Positions 49,614-62,621 of a stretch of 64,000 nt of DNA are shown here, piece by piece. The stretch is from Mizuhopecten yessoensis (Eukaryota). The first letter of the stretch is position 1; each line of letters starts with the position of its first letter. Below the pieces are notes generated by a model. The model made no database searches and was not told the origin of the DNA. It was given only the letters and a program-made list of their open reading frames with translations. A program made the position numbers and the translations under genes. Location of the stretch: the NCBI RefSeq assembly GCF_002113885.1, contig NW_018404269.1, forward strand, positions 806,028 to 870,027. Direction: 5' to 3'.

Positions 49614-51774
49614 AGGGACATCGCGTGAAGAGCCATATTTTTTTAATAATATGAATGTATGTATTGTATGCACTTCCACTTATGTTACCTCGCTATCCCC
49701 ATATTCATAGTCCGTTCCAAATGTCCAGTTTGACCACTTGAATTGTTCGGGAAAGCCCTGCTAAAAATAGCGCCGATAACGTCACCTGACTAGGCAGGAA
49801 ACGGTTTCCAAAGGGGCCCCCAGAGATGGTCCGTCAGGCAACTGCAACTTCTTACCGCGCTATGAAACCAAGTAATCTGATTTCTAAGTCCGTATTGAAA
49901 CTTATTGAACAGTAATTATTCATCCTCAGAAGTTAATTGCATACTTGCCAATAATCAGAATTTAAATTTATTTAGCTTTTAACATATTTGTTGCCAATAA
50001 AATTGAACAAGGGATGGGGCACAAGTTTTTACAATTTATCACAGCCTTCTCCCGTCATACATTTACAATTAAATGTCATCAATGATAATAGGCATAAATA
50101 TAAAGTAGATATTTATAAATATATATTGAATTTATTACCGGAATGTGACCGGTACCACGGAATAAGTCCGTGCCGGTACAGATGGTACGGGGCTAAACAC
50201 CTTCCCTCAACCATGGGACAAACCTTTCTGTAAAAAGGAATATTCACGAGACGAATATCCCTTTTGAAATGTTTTCATAAAGTGCATACATGCAATGACA
50301 AAATACACGCGTATAAAAAAGGAGAAACGTTTGTGATTTTTTTTATTACATTGTACAACTCAATGTCTTTGGCCAATTTTTTTTTCTATACCATGCATAT
50401 AAATGTATGCATACTCTCTTTCTCACTTTCGCTAACACTTAGTAAGTCATATTATATTTTAAGCCATCACACACAATAAACTGTATGGCAATACCACTAC
50501 GTGTATATGTAGAATATGTGTCAGATATGGAACGTGTTGATATACTTGATCATTATATTTTTTCAATTCTTTACATAGATTAAAGCATTCTTGTAAATGG
50601 ACCCTTTTTTATGTTGAGACAACTTTTCTTTAATCATTTCTTTTTTGTCCGAAACAGAAGCCGTAGTTATCGGTAGCAACGCGTCATTTTTTACAACGTA
50701 AACAAATGTTTTCCCCTGTATTCAATACGTATTCCGATTCTATCTGAAGTCGAAAATTAATTCTTTTTAGAGAAAAGGTTGTTACATGAGCATACATTCT
50801 AAGTCAACATCATATAAAAACATGAACTGTTGAAAAAATTCGATATAAAAAAGAAATGTTAGCGATCCTATTTACTAGAAGTAGGTTCTCCTTCCTAAGT
50901 TATTCATCCTGGTCCGTCATTTTGACATTTTTAATCTAGCTGGGAAAACGTATACGTAGCTTTCTGACGAAGAGCGATTTTTTTTATATATTGCGTCGTC
51001 GCGCCAGAGGAGGCCGGGTATTCATATTAGTACTAATTTAAATCTTGCATGTTAAAACATTTTTTTTTTTAAATCAGCAATATAATTTAATCATACCATT
51101 TTACGGAACCCGGTAATATTATAAATTATGTAAATCTAATAGCGCACGTATCTCATTTGACCCCGATCTCGCGAGACGCCGTGGCCATCACAACAGTTAT
51201 CCCTTGGAGGGCCTCATGGAAAAATCCTTTCGCATAAACCAAAGTTAACTCTCTCCGATACATGCCCATTAACATATTAAACTAAGTTCATCTGTGTTCA
51301 AACTCAGACAAAGATACTAGCGAGGTTAATAGTTTTAGATATTTATTCATTTATTAAGTCCACTACACACCCTAACCGTACTAACTGCTAGGGCAGTTAT
51401 TTTATGCTTTTAATACTTCCCACTGGCAATAATGATTCCGTAACGTACTCCTTACGCTATCATTTGACCATTTGGCAACTTTTCGCTCCGTAGCTGAGAC
51501 GGTACAACACTTTGATTTCGCTTACTTCACACGGCCAGTCATTTTGTTTACAAAGAAATGGTGTGATATGCGCATGTGCTAGCAGAGGGAAATCCCTGAA
51601 CAAAACGTTGGTCAGACAGGTAGAAATACCGATGATTATCTTAAATTTAATCATTTTTATGAATCTATTTCAGCCAAATCCGATCGTTATTTTCCATAAG
51701 GAGTCTCACTTGATATGTTTATGTAGTATTTGAAAAAAAGACAAAAAAATAAGTTACTTTACCGTGATGCCCCT
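49614..51774. mobile_element. ~2.2-kb non-autonomous Kolobok-type DNA transposon
   Basis: TTAA|AGGGACATCGCG ... CGTGATGCCCCT|TTAA: TTAA TSD, purine-purine start and a 10/12 TIR match. No ORF inside. Confidence 0.6.
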
Positions 51775-52329
51775 TTAAATAAACAGCGATCAAGGTCCTT
51801 ATCTAATAGTGAAGTCATTTATTTGTTTTATTCAAGACAACTGCAATAAAATTCATTTATAATGTAGAACACACCGTAAAGAATTATTACAATTATATAA
51901 TTTTGCCTTCACATTCTCAACCACATTTGCAAAGCATGCTACATCAATGGCTGCGTTTACCTATTTCTATTGCAACCTCATATTAAAGCCTCGAGTTGTT
52001 TCGTCCGTAACGACTTTCAAGCACATGATTTTGTAATTCCTAGTCCGATATTTGAGGACATGTCGGTATGGTTTCCAGGCGCTGGACACACTCCCGCCCG
52101 CCTTAGTATACGCGGCGTTATCTCACCAGTAGCGTTTACATACTACTACACCACTACCACACAACGTAACCGGTCAAACATGTTGTCACTGTTCATGCAA
52201 GCCTAACACTATCATACATCTGCAAAAGTCCTGAAGTGAGTTGTTTGTATGACGATCTCTTTTTCCGTGACACTTTTTCCCTTTCCCATTGAAGATTGAA
52301 AAAGTGTGACAAGCACAAAAACAGAGTTT

Positions 52330-52725
52330 TACAATATTCATTCGAATTACAGTTCTGCCTTGGCACTTAGCCTGTGGTAGAACTACGTCGGTGGCGTATT
52401 CATGGCCTTCCATTTCCGGTTTTCAGGATTTTCGGCGTATTCATGGCCTTCCATTTCCGGTTTCAGGATTTTCGGCGTATTCATGGCCTTCCATTTCCGG
52501 TTTCAGGATTTTCGGCGTATTCATGGCCTTCCATTTCCGGTTTCAGGATTTTCCCAACTGCTGCGTCATCTATTTCAGCTGCTATATTTGATCAATCGTT
52601 TTGGTTTTAAACATTTAATGAGGTCCGATTAAAAAAACATCTAAGCTCACCATTTGCTGCTGAGTATCCCAGGTTTGCATTCTTTATAAACTCGTCCAAA
52701 TTACCGTCCCTTGTTTTGCCTGCAA
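52330..52725 (-). pseudogene. Decayed Academ-type transposase fragment (XPG/PIN-like region)
   Basis: Frameshifted - strand translation KTRDGNLDEFIKN...NGELRCF.SDLIKCL...EIDDAAVGKILKP..HEYATDVVLP...IRMNIV resembles the RDGxLxxFFxHE...KSDLLxCL...IDGAAxVxxLKP..xxYA...RxDxV pattern I associate with Academ proteins. Confidence 0.55.
52393..52553 (+). repeat. Four near-perfect copies of a 40-bp unit
   Basis: GGCGTATTCATGGCCTTCCATTTCCGGTTTCAGGATTTTC at 52393, 52434, 52474 and 52514. Confidence 0.97.
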
Positions 52726-53339
52726 AATAAAATCCAGAGAAAAGCCAACTGTTTACATTGTGTTCTAAAACTGAAAGGAGTACAACTTCAGTCTAAGCTT
52801 TTTTATCGGTGGTGATAAAAACGTGGTGTTATCAATCAGGCGCCTTGACCACGTGTGATGTGATCTCCATTTGATCATTGACTGAGCCCTATGTATTCAA
52901 GACTAGTAGAACTGTATTTCTTTTCCTGATGTCTAAGCTCCTCCATAATACCAACAAGCATTTTTAGTACCTTATTAAGTATGTTAGACAGCTTTGCTGG
53001 AACCCTTTATTAATACTTTTCGGATACACCAGTCGGCCTTTTTCGGTTGGTCCGGCGAACTTCGTGAAATTCTGGACTTCTCAGATTGCCGTACCGCTTT
53101 GTAGTCCACCTTAACGCAGCCATTTCTCTCCTCTGTCCTTTAGCATTGTCTACGGCGATGACAGGAAAACCCGTGATTCAACTTCAGTAGAACACACAGA
53201 CCACGATGCAACTATTCAATGAGTTTTCATGGATGTTCTTTGGGAATCATGTTATCCATACTAAGCATGATCATATTTTGTGTATTCAATGCATGATATG
53301 ATATTGACACTCAGTGTGGTAGGTATACGAATGTTCGTA

Positions 53340-53725
53340 TGGCCATATACTAAAACAGACCGACTGCGGTACGGTGGAGTAGGGGGTTATGGGAAGTTCG
53401 TAGGTTTCTATGTTATAACAAACCGTCTTCGGTGCTGTGGGGAAGTTGGGTAGGGTAGGGACTATGGGAAGTTAGCTATATATATATGCCATAACAAACC
53501 GTCTTCGGTGCTGTGGGGAAGGTGGGTAGGGTAGGGACTATGGGAAGTTAGCTGTGTATATATGCCATAACAGACCGACTGCAGTGTGGTTGGGTAGGTG
53601 GATATGGGGTAATGGGAAGCTCATATGTCCAAACGCTAGAACAGACCGACTGCGGTGCGGTGGGGGAGGGGGTGTTTATGGAGGCTAGTATGTCCATGCT
53701 ATAACACATCGGCTATGGTGCGAAA
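53340..53725 (+). repeat. G-rich ~65-76-bp tandem repeat, 5-6 units
   Basis: ATAACA(A/G)ACCG..T.CGGTGC.GTGGGG...TATGGGAAG recurs. Confidence 0.85.
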
Positions 53726-54848
53726 AGGAGATGTGAGAGAGGTTTCGTTTGCCTATCTGTTATTTCTTTTTGACTGAGGTGTAGAAAGTTTAGTTCGGGA
53801 GATTCAATTAAATCTGGGGTAATGGAATGACTGGTGTGTATAGGAGGCAAATGGATGATCGGTACATCTCCGACATAACAGTCCGACTGGGACGTGAAGT
53901 AGGCGATACAGAGAAGACTGGTATGTCATGCTTACACAACACATTTAACATCGTTAACACAGCTATCTGGTTTGTCCCCTTTGGAGTGCTGTACGTACAG
54001 GTATGCGCGTGGTGACATGCCAGATAACATCGCTATCTACTGTAGAGCAGGCTATCCCATCACTGCCTACCGTCTAGATAACGCTATCTCGGCTTCCCGG
54101 GTAGCAACTTATGATTTTATAACAATTTTCTGAACTCGGATTGGCGACGGAGAATGTTTACTTGTTTGTATTCCATGGACAAAATCTTCTCGGTACTAGG
54201 CCTTTCTGTTTCGTTTTAACGATAATTAAACTTTGCAATATTGATATATTTGGATATCATACTTTTTTTAAAATCTATATAGCTGACACTTGTTCGTTTA
54301 TGATAATATCACGTTACTTATAAACACTTTTCGTTCATATTTTTACTTTTGTAAAATTCTCAACATGCTTTTAAATCTGAGTGACAGTTTCTGAGGATTT
54401 GTTTTTTGTCAAATCACAAATATTTCATGAAATATATAGAGGGGAAAATGATGTTTTAGGAAAACTTTATATCTAAGATCACCTTACCACTGCATCAACT
54501 GGAGTTTTGTTTGGAAATTTGCTTTCACCAGTGTGACAATAGTTAAAATGTATCATTTCTAAAAAGAAGCCATACCTTGTAGAACTTTCATGAGAAAAAA
54601 TAATCTATCTGAACATAAATGCGATGGGCCAAAGTAGCCGTCAGTTTACGTCTACTTCTTTTAATGATAACTGTTTACTGTATAATTTCGATGCCATTTA
54701 AACCTTAAAAATACTTTTCGCTGAGCTCATATTCATTTGCTTTGGACATTTGAAGGCACTATGCAAGTTAAATAGAAAAAAACGTGCTATTTCTTCAATA
54801 CAGAAGGACAAAATCCAATTTTGATACCAGTACACAGCAACAGGAAGT

Positions 54849-54908
54849 TGTAAGAACTTGTGCCCAATCCTTTTTGTCATTTTCAAGGCAAGAAAAATAT
54901 GTTTAAAC
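54849..54908 (+). mobile_element. Extremely 5'-truncated CR1-type LINE 3' end with TSD
   Basis: TGTAAGAACTTGTGCCCAATCCTTTT...AAATATGTTTAAAC is flanked by an 11-bp direct repeat CAACAGGAAGT (54838-54848, 54909-54919). The same tail occurs at 58185-58270 and, diverged, at about 24030-24110. Confidence 0.75.
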
Positions 54909-56809
54909 CAACAGGAAGTGTGTCGACAACGAAGCAAAAGAAATGAAATTATTAACCACCACAAACAAGAGGCCCACGGGGCCTTAATGCTCAAGTTCAG
55001 ATAAGTTCAAGTAAAAATATCTCCGCCGATCAGAGGTCACGTATGCAATCTTTCATTTTCGGATCGAAAGGAAACTACACAATAATTATACACAATTTGG
55101 AGATATTCGGTGATGTCACTATCGAGAAATAGTCGAAAATGTCTTGGCAAATCAAAGGATATGGCAGCATTATGGATTTTCTGATCGAAATTATAGATAA
55201 AACCAACCTGGGAGGAACATATTTAAGAATATTTACATCGTGATTGGAATAAATCAGTTTAGTGGTTCTAAAGAAGAAGTTGAACATGTATTTTGTTGAT
55301 TCGCGAAATACGACGGACGACAAACGACAGGCGAAGACAGATGGTATGAGATTTTCTGTTACACACGTCTTGCCCGTCATTACTTATATTTCCCTTCAAA
55401 TCCAAGAGTGTAGGTAATAAACTGAGCCATGGTGGGAAAATCTTAAATCGTGGTTGATGCTGACATCGTAGATTGGGAAAAGAGTTCTCGATGACGATAA
55501 TAAGATTGCTGCAGCGTAGATTAAATAGTCCCTGGTAGACAACCCTGCTGAAGTATCTTATCAGTCAATAGGACACATCTTCATGTACCTAGAACATCCG
55601 TATATTCAGATCATGATTCTGATAGCGAATAATGGAGGCTGGAATGTTTCTACGGACGAAAATGTGATAAACGGAGGTCAATCTTAAGTCATATTTTTGT
55701 CTTAGAGCCTGGTAGTGTTATACTGATCCTCAGATTCCTTGATACAAATGAAAAGTCTGAAATACATTATTGAAATTAAAGAATTACCGTAGGCGAAGGA
55801 TACTCCTGATCAACGTACGATAGCAGATTATTAGCGATAAGGGTTAACACGAAAGCGAAAATACACTTTCGCTGTATCAGGATATCAGAACGATCACCAA
55901 AACCACAAAGTGTTAAGTCTGGCATGTATTAGATGCTATCTTTTTGATTTGTTCGTTAGTCAAACGTTGATTTGACATTAAAAGAAAACCTGCTGCTTTG
56001 TGATAATGTTATGTAACAATGCATAATCTAAAAAACATCTACACCAATAAAAATTGAAACGTGTACTTAGTCAAATAAATATATGTAGTCATTGATTGTA
56101 TACATAGTAGAATGTGTACGCTGCCACGGAGCGAACATTGACGTGACTGGTGTAAACCTACGGCTGATATAGGCCTTCGTACATCTCTTACACATAGACT
56201 TTGATAACGTCGCCTCGTTGTGCAATTAACGCAGTGTTACTAAAGGTCATACGGAGCTTTGACCTTTGTGTTTGCCAAAGACATACATTGCTGAGCGATT
56301 CTACGACCTGTCTATAATGTTTTATAAAACCTGTGACTGATTAGCCGATAACTGAACGAATTTATTTGCACTTATTTATATATATGGCCCTTCGAGATAG
56401 TTGTTTCAGGGACGGTATCTCTTGACCATTGTAAATAGCAAAGTCACAATAAGGTCTCTTAATAATTGAAACTAACAATGTTAAAAGGCGTGTTTTGACT
56501 TTGGGATGTAAAAATATGCTTGTAATTATCTAAATTCTTGAAAAAATAAAGTCAAAAATTGTGTTTTGACCTGGGGAGGTAAAAACAGACTAACGATTAT
56601 CTAAATCATTGGAATTAAACAAAAGAACAATTCAAAAAGATTTGTGTGTGACATTTGGAAGTATCAATATACAGATTATGTATCGTGGGCATAGTCAATA
56701 GTTAAATTATTTTGATTTGAGTTTAAAGACTTTCTTTCTTTTATTAACTTTGTATATATTTGCATGAATATACAGATGCTTCCTAAATATTGTGAAACTT
56801 TCAGAAAAT

Positions 56810-57485
56810 ATAGGTAAGTTTGTTGTTACTAATGACCGGTGATGTTGTAGTTTTACTTACATATATGTATGATAGGTACATTTTTTTTTTATATTAATGA
56901 CAGGTAAGATTGTAGTTATACAAATGACAGATAAGTTTGCAGTTCTAATAATAACAGGTAAGTTTGTAGTTATACTAATGATAGGTAAGCTTGCAGTTCT
57001 AATAATGACAGGTAAGTTTGTAGTTATACTAATGATAGGTAAGCTTGCAGTTCTAATAATGACAGGTAAGTTTGTAGTTATACTAATAACAGGTAATTTT
57101 GTAGTTCTACTAATAATAGGTAAGTTTGTAGTTCTTCTAATAAGAGGTAAGTTTGTAGTTATACTAATGATAGGTAAGCTTGCAGTTATACTAATGATAG
57201 GTAAGTTTGCAGTTCTAATAATGGCAGGTAAGTTTGTAGTTATACTTATGACATGTAAGTTTGTAGTTATACTAATAACAGGTAATTTTGTAGTTATAAT
57301 AATAACAGGTATGTTTGTAGTTATAATAATAACAGGTAAGTTTGTAGTTATACTTATAGCAGGTAAGTTTGTAGTTATACTAATGATAGGTAAGTTTGCA
57401 GTTCTAATAATGGCAGGTAAGTTTGTAGTTATACTTATGACATGTAAGTGTGTAGTTGTACTAATTGCAGGTAAGTTACAAGTTA
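56810..57485 (+). repeat. Minisatellite, 27-bp unit (GGTAAGTTTGTAGTTATACTAATGA(T/C)A), about 22 regular copies
   Basis: 27-bp period from 56901 to about 57480; it produces the 220-aa GKFVVILMI ORF. Confidence 0.95.
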
Positions 57486-58182
57486 TGTTTTACAAAACAC
57501 AAATCAACACGGGTATGGAAAATCAATTTGTAACGGTAAAACCACCCATATTATTCTGAAAAAAATACCCAGCAACATAACTCCACTATGAATTGGTGAG
57601 CTATACTGACGGTCTGATGTGACAGACAGTACACTTACCGCTGGGGATAAGTTTAAACATGCTTTATTATCTTTCTAGAGATATGAAATATTCTTGAGAT
57701 GACGTGAAATGTAACACAGTTCATACATATGACAACTATCATTATGATACGGTATTATGTAATAAAATCAAGTATTACCAGTTTAAATCGTCAATTACTG
57801 TTCAGTTTTCATATAGAGTATTTAATGCAATATCTGATGACTTTTCACACATAACAAATTATCTGCACGTTATTTTTTAGTAATTATTTTATCCTTAACC
57901 TGGGTCGACCCCAAGTATATGTTACTATAACCAGTAGGATACTCATAGGTTAATGCTTATGCAAGCCTTCATGATGATCAACATACATGAAAAACCATGA
58001 CTAACTGGGTATGCCAATTATGCAATACGTTTTATAGCTATGGAGTGATTCAGAAAGACGTTAAGTCTTACTTAGGGGCGCGTTCAAATGCTCAGATGTT
58101 GTTTGAATTACTTTATTTTGCATTGATTGAATACCTGAGTCCTATGTACATGTGGGTTATAAATAATAAAGATATCATATTT

Positions 58183-58270
58183 GGGAGAGGGCCTAGTAAG
58201 TTGTAAGAACTTGTGCCCAATCCTTTTGACTATTCAGTGTCAATAAAATATGTTTGAATGAATGAATGAT
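58183..58270 (+). mobile_element. CR1-type LINE 3' terminus with (TGAA)n tail
   Basis: GGAGAGGGCCTAGTAAGTTGTAAGAACTTGTGCCCAATCCTTTTG...AATAAAATATGTTTGAATGAATGAATGA. Confidence 0.7.
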
Positions 58271-59344
58271 TAAAACGCATGTAAATTTGGTCTCCAACAA
58301 GTACAAACGTCTTGATTGTTTTTCTTTATAAATTTTCATAATATGTTATATACAATTAATTATATAAGCAATATATCCCGATTTAGTATTGATCTATTTG
58401 ATAGTACGAATCAAATCCAGACCTTTGATATAACTTCAATTTATCTACTTGTAGCATCTTATCTGGTGCCGACATACGTAAGAAGTTAAAATTGGAAAAA
58501 AACCAAGAAAGAAAGAAAGAAAAACTACCACCACCACTAACAGCAACAACAAAAATAACAACAACGACAATAAAAACACAACAAAAAACATGCCTCGAAC
58601 GAAATACAATAGCAGTATCCCGGACTTCCACACTGGAAACAAAACTAGATGTTCGTATTCCGCATCAGGATCCCTTCCTGATGTCAAAAAAAGGAACTAG
58701 TCAAAGGCACAACTACAATCCATTTACTTAGACATTAAGATATCATAGTTGTCAATCAGGACAAAATATCGACCGTCAACTAATGAGGTGTAGATTGAAG
58801 CCGCTTTTGTTATGCAATTTATTATACACCATGGCGAATCTATCCAGAAAATTTGTAAACTAAGAAAATAATGTGGAAGAATGAATGTCTACAACACCAC
58901 TCCCGAGCACTATTTATCATACGGCTTAGGTGATAACTATTCTAGCTGTGGTAGTAGTGGTATATAATCATACGGGTAGTCAGATTCATCCGTACAAGTA
59001 TTTCTCGTACTATCTCCATCAACCTTTGGTCACCAAGACGATAACGGGTAGTACCTGGTAGTACGCCTGTCGGTCCGTTGTACCCGGTGATAGCTACCTG
59101 TAAGATAATCCCTACAACTAGGGGGAGTTACCGTCACCAACACAAGGTATAGGGCAGACTCACCACACGAAGAACAAAAGTGGTCGGGAACATTAATGAG
59201 AACATTCAGATCTGATTCCACATCGACGAATCTCCACCTAATCTAGTCTACATAGCGAGATAATTAACCTGTGTGCCGGACCATCTTGGTCTCCTCCTAC
59301 TCCGAACTTTCTTCATAAGAAGAACTAATACAGACATTTTCAAA

Positions 59345-59426
59345 ATGGAGTTACGGAAAAGTCATATTAACTTCAATATGTGTGTGTTTGTTTTAGTGAT
59401 AGCAGCATGTCTTCAAATCTCAACAG
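59345..59426 (+). CDS. Secreted/membrane SRCR-domain protein (DMBT1-like), signal-peptide exon
   Basis: AAAATGG start gives MELRKSHINFNMCVFVLVIAACLQIST-A with a hydrophobic core. Donor CAG|gtgagt, phase 1, matches the exon at 62474. Confidence 0.75.
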
Positions 59427-60136
59427 GTGAGTATTGTTTATGTGGCACAGATTTAATTATTGTTGTAATATCATAACACAGAGCCCTCATACACTAAGCA
59501 TGCATTGATTTGAACCAGCACAGACATCCCAATTTATTAAACAGATAAACTATACCAGGTTTTAAGGTTAAAGTATTAAGTTGCTATGATTTTTCCGTAC
59601 AAACTGAAGTTATTTTTTCTGTTCTCATTTATATTAATTTATAAACTGATCTCCCCTAATTAGTTATGTAATCAAAGTTATCTTCACTACACTATAATGC
59701 TCATTAACTTGTTCTAAAAATTACACACATGTATATATTTATATATATATATATGCATAGCGATAATTGTACATAAATATTCCCCAATCAGATCTTATCT
59801 GAAGTAGTATAATCTCAAACTAATTTATATACTAGTATGGTCTGAAACTGATATTACCTTTATTTTATACCTTTAAACACCTATGTCAGCATATCTTCAA
59901 ACGGATATAAGCCGCAAAACTAATGTAACTTACACTATTTTGCTCTAAAATCACTTTTACACCCTCACACTTATGTATTATACACTATTAAACATTCACA
60001 GTAATTTAAAACAACCATACTACAACCATACTACAATCAAACCATCGAATTTATTTCATGTACTTCATGTTACCCTCAAACTGAAGTTGCAAATACCTTA
60101 TCACTCCCAAAATGACATAATATAGACCATACCACC

Positions 60137-60332
60137 CTTAAACTGGCGTAACGTACATCATAACACACTCAAACTGACGTAACGTACATCATAACACACT
60201 CAAACTGACGTCACGTACATCATAATACCCTCAAACTGATGTAACGTACATCATAACACACTCAAACTGACGTCACGTACATCATAACACTCTCAAACTG
60301 ACGTCACGTACATCATAACACTCTCAAACTGA
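60137..60332 (+). repeat. 31-bp tandem repeat containing CRE palindromes, about 6 units
   Basis: Unit CTCAAACTGACGTCACGTACATCATAACACA; TGACGTCA at 60206, 60268 and 60299. Confidence 0.9.
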
Positions 60333-60412
60333 TATCAGTATAACTGATAACAATAAACTATGAAACCCTCAAAATGTTGTTCAAAACTCCATAACATTCC
60401 AAAATGTATGCC

Positions 60413-61370
60413 TCATAACCCATACCATCACCAAACTAGTGTAACACTATTGTAACATAGCCCTTACCATCATCAAACTAGTGTAACATTGTTGTAACAT
60501 AACCCATACCATCACCAAACTAGTGTAACATTGTTGTTACATAACCCCATACCATCATCAAACTAGTGTAACATTGTTGTAACATAGCCCCTACCATCAT
60601 CAAACTAGTGTAACATTGTTGTAACATAACCCATACCATAACCAAACTAGTGTAACATTGTTGTTACATAACCCCATACCATCATCCAACTAGTGTAACA
60701 TTGTTGTAACATAGCCCCTACCATCATCAATCTAGTGTAACATTGTTGTAACATAGCCCCTACCATCATCAATCTAGTGTAACATTGTTGTAACATAGCC
60801 CCTACCATCATCAATCTAGTGTAACATTGTTGTAACATAACCCATACCATAACCAAACTAGTGTAACATTGTTGTTACATAACCCCATACTATCATCAAA
60901 CTAGTGTAACATTGTTGTAACATAGCCCCTACCATCATCAATCTAGTGTAACATTGTTGTAACATAGCCCCTACCATCATCAATCTAGTGTAACATTGTT
61001 GTAACATAGCCCCTACCATCATCAATCTAGTGTAACATTGTTGTAACATAACCCATACCATCATCAAACTAGTGTAACTCTGTTGTAACATAACCCATAC
61101 CATCACTAAACTAGTGTAACTCTGTTCTTACATAACCCATACCATCACTAAACTAGTTTTACTCTGTTCTTACATAACCCATACCATCATCAAACTAGTG
61201 TAGCTCTGTTCTTACATAACCCATACCATCACTAAACTAGTGTAACTCTGTTCTTACATAACCCATTCCATCACTAAACTAGTGTAACTCTGTTCTTACA
61301 TAACCCATACCATCACTAAACTAGTGTAACTCTGTTCTTACATAACCCATACCATCATTAAACTATTGTA
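60413..61370 (+). repeat. Minisatellite, ~42-bp unit (AACTAGTGTAACATTGTTGTAACATAACCCATACCATCATCA), about 22 copies
   Basis: Direct periodicity; a variant unit (CTCTGTTCTTACA) takes over after about 61080. Confidence 0.97.
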
Positions 61371-62473
61371 ATCCTGCTGTATCTTTAAACAGTTTTACCA
61401 AAACGCCGCTGATTTATTGTACGATCTGCATGATATGTTCTGCATTTGTTTTTCTAAAACTTCTGTAAAATCATAACAGGTAAAAATGTCAACGGGAGCG
61501 GTTAGATTCAGGATCCTTGAGATGTTTGAAAATTGAGGTTCCCCAAAGAATGGTTGTTGACTATCATGTATTACTAACTCAAGTTGGTTAATATTTATAT
61601 TGTTTAAGTACAGCAGGTTTATCGAGTGTCTTTTACAGTATAGAATAACTTATGAAAGTTATATGAAGATGATAACCCACCATCACAAATTTGGGGACCT
61701 TTTGGAAAATAACATGTTTCCCTTAGAAACACATACAGTCTGTTTCTTTTTCCTACTGTTTCCTGTTGCCATCAGTCATGACGTCACTATGACAGATGAC
61801 ACAAACAAACATTGTTACGTCATTATAAAAGGTGTTACCAACTAATGGGTTACCAAAAATGTTTACCAACTACTAGCAGTGTTATCCAATGAGTCATGTG
61901 TGAGAAACACTATAGTGGTTTTGGAAGAATAGTACATCTTCTTTGTTGTGTAATGTTGACCAACACATACTTAGACGACCTAGGAACAACATTGATTTGA
62001 TATCGATACGTTTGCAATTTATTTTCTGAATTATTAATAAAATTAGTCAAATTATTTCCCCTATTATAGGATTCATAACTCATAACATCCTCCGACTTGT
62101 GTTCTTTGAACCGCACCATCCCTGGACTGATGTTACATAAACCATACCGCCATCAAACTCTGTCAAACTGGTATTATATAAGCCATAAGTAGGTTAATAT
62201 AAATTAACCCCCAAGACATAAATACGTCACTGTACACGTATGGCAAACATATTGTATTCGGATCGACATTTGCAACGTTTACAAATTGAACTCTCTGTGT
62301 GAAATTTATCAAGAAAACAAGATAATCTGTCAGGTCATTTAATCAAATATAAAATGATCAAGTAATGCTACCATGCCACATCATATTTTATTATTAAGTC
62401 CAAATGTCTAAATTCCTTTGCGGTTTGGCACGTAATGATCGTACATATACATGTATACTTCATTTGATTTCAG

Positions 62474-62621
62474 CAATGACCATCCGGTTACAAGGTGGTA
62501 AACGGGCGTCACAAGGACGCGTGGAGGTGTTCCATAACAACACGTGGGGTACTGTATGTGATGACAACTTTAACAATAATGCTGCAAAAGTAGTGTGCCG
62601 AATGCTTGGCCTCTATAATTC
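62474..62621 (+). CDS. SRCR-domain protein, exon 2 (first half of an SRCR domain)
   Basis: tttcag|(A)[49 protein letters not shown]|gtaagt, phase 1-2. Confidence 0.95.

Noticed and set aside
56897-57559. 220-aa hydrophobic ORF (GKFVVILMI)n as a membrane or structural protein
   Set aside because: It is open only because the unit is 27 bp and lacks stops in that frame; there is no non-repetitive domain. Not excluded without expression data.
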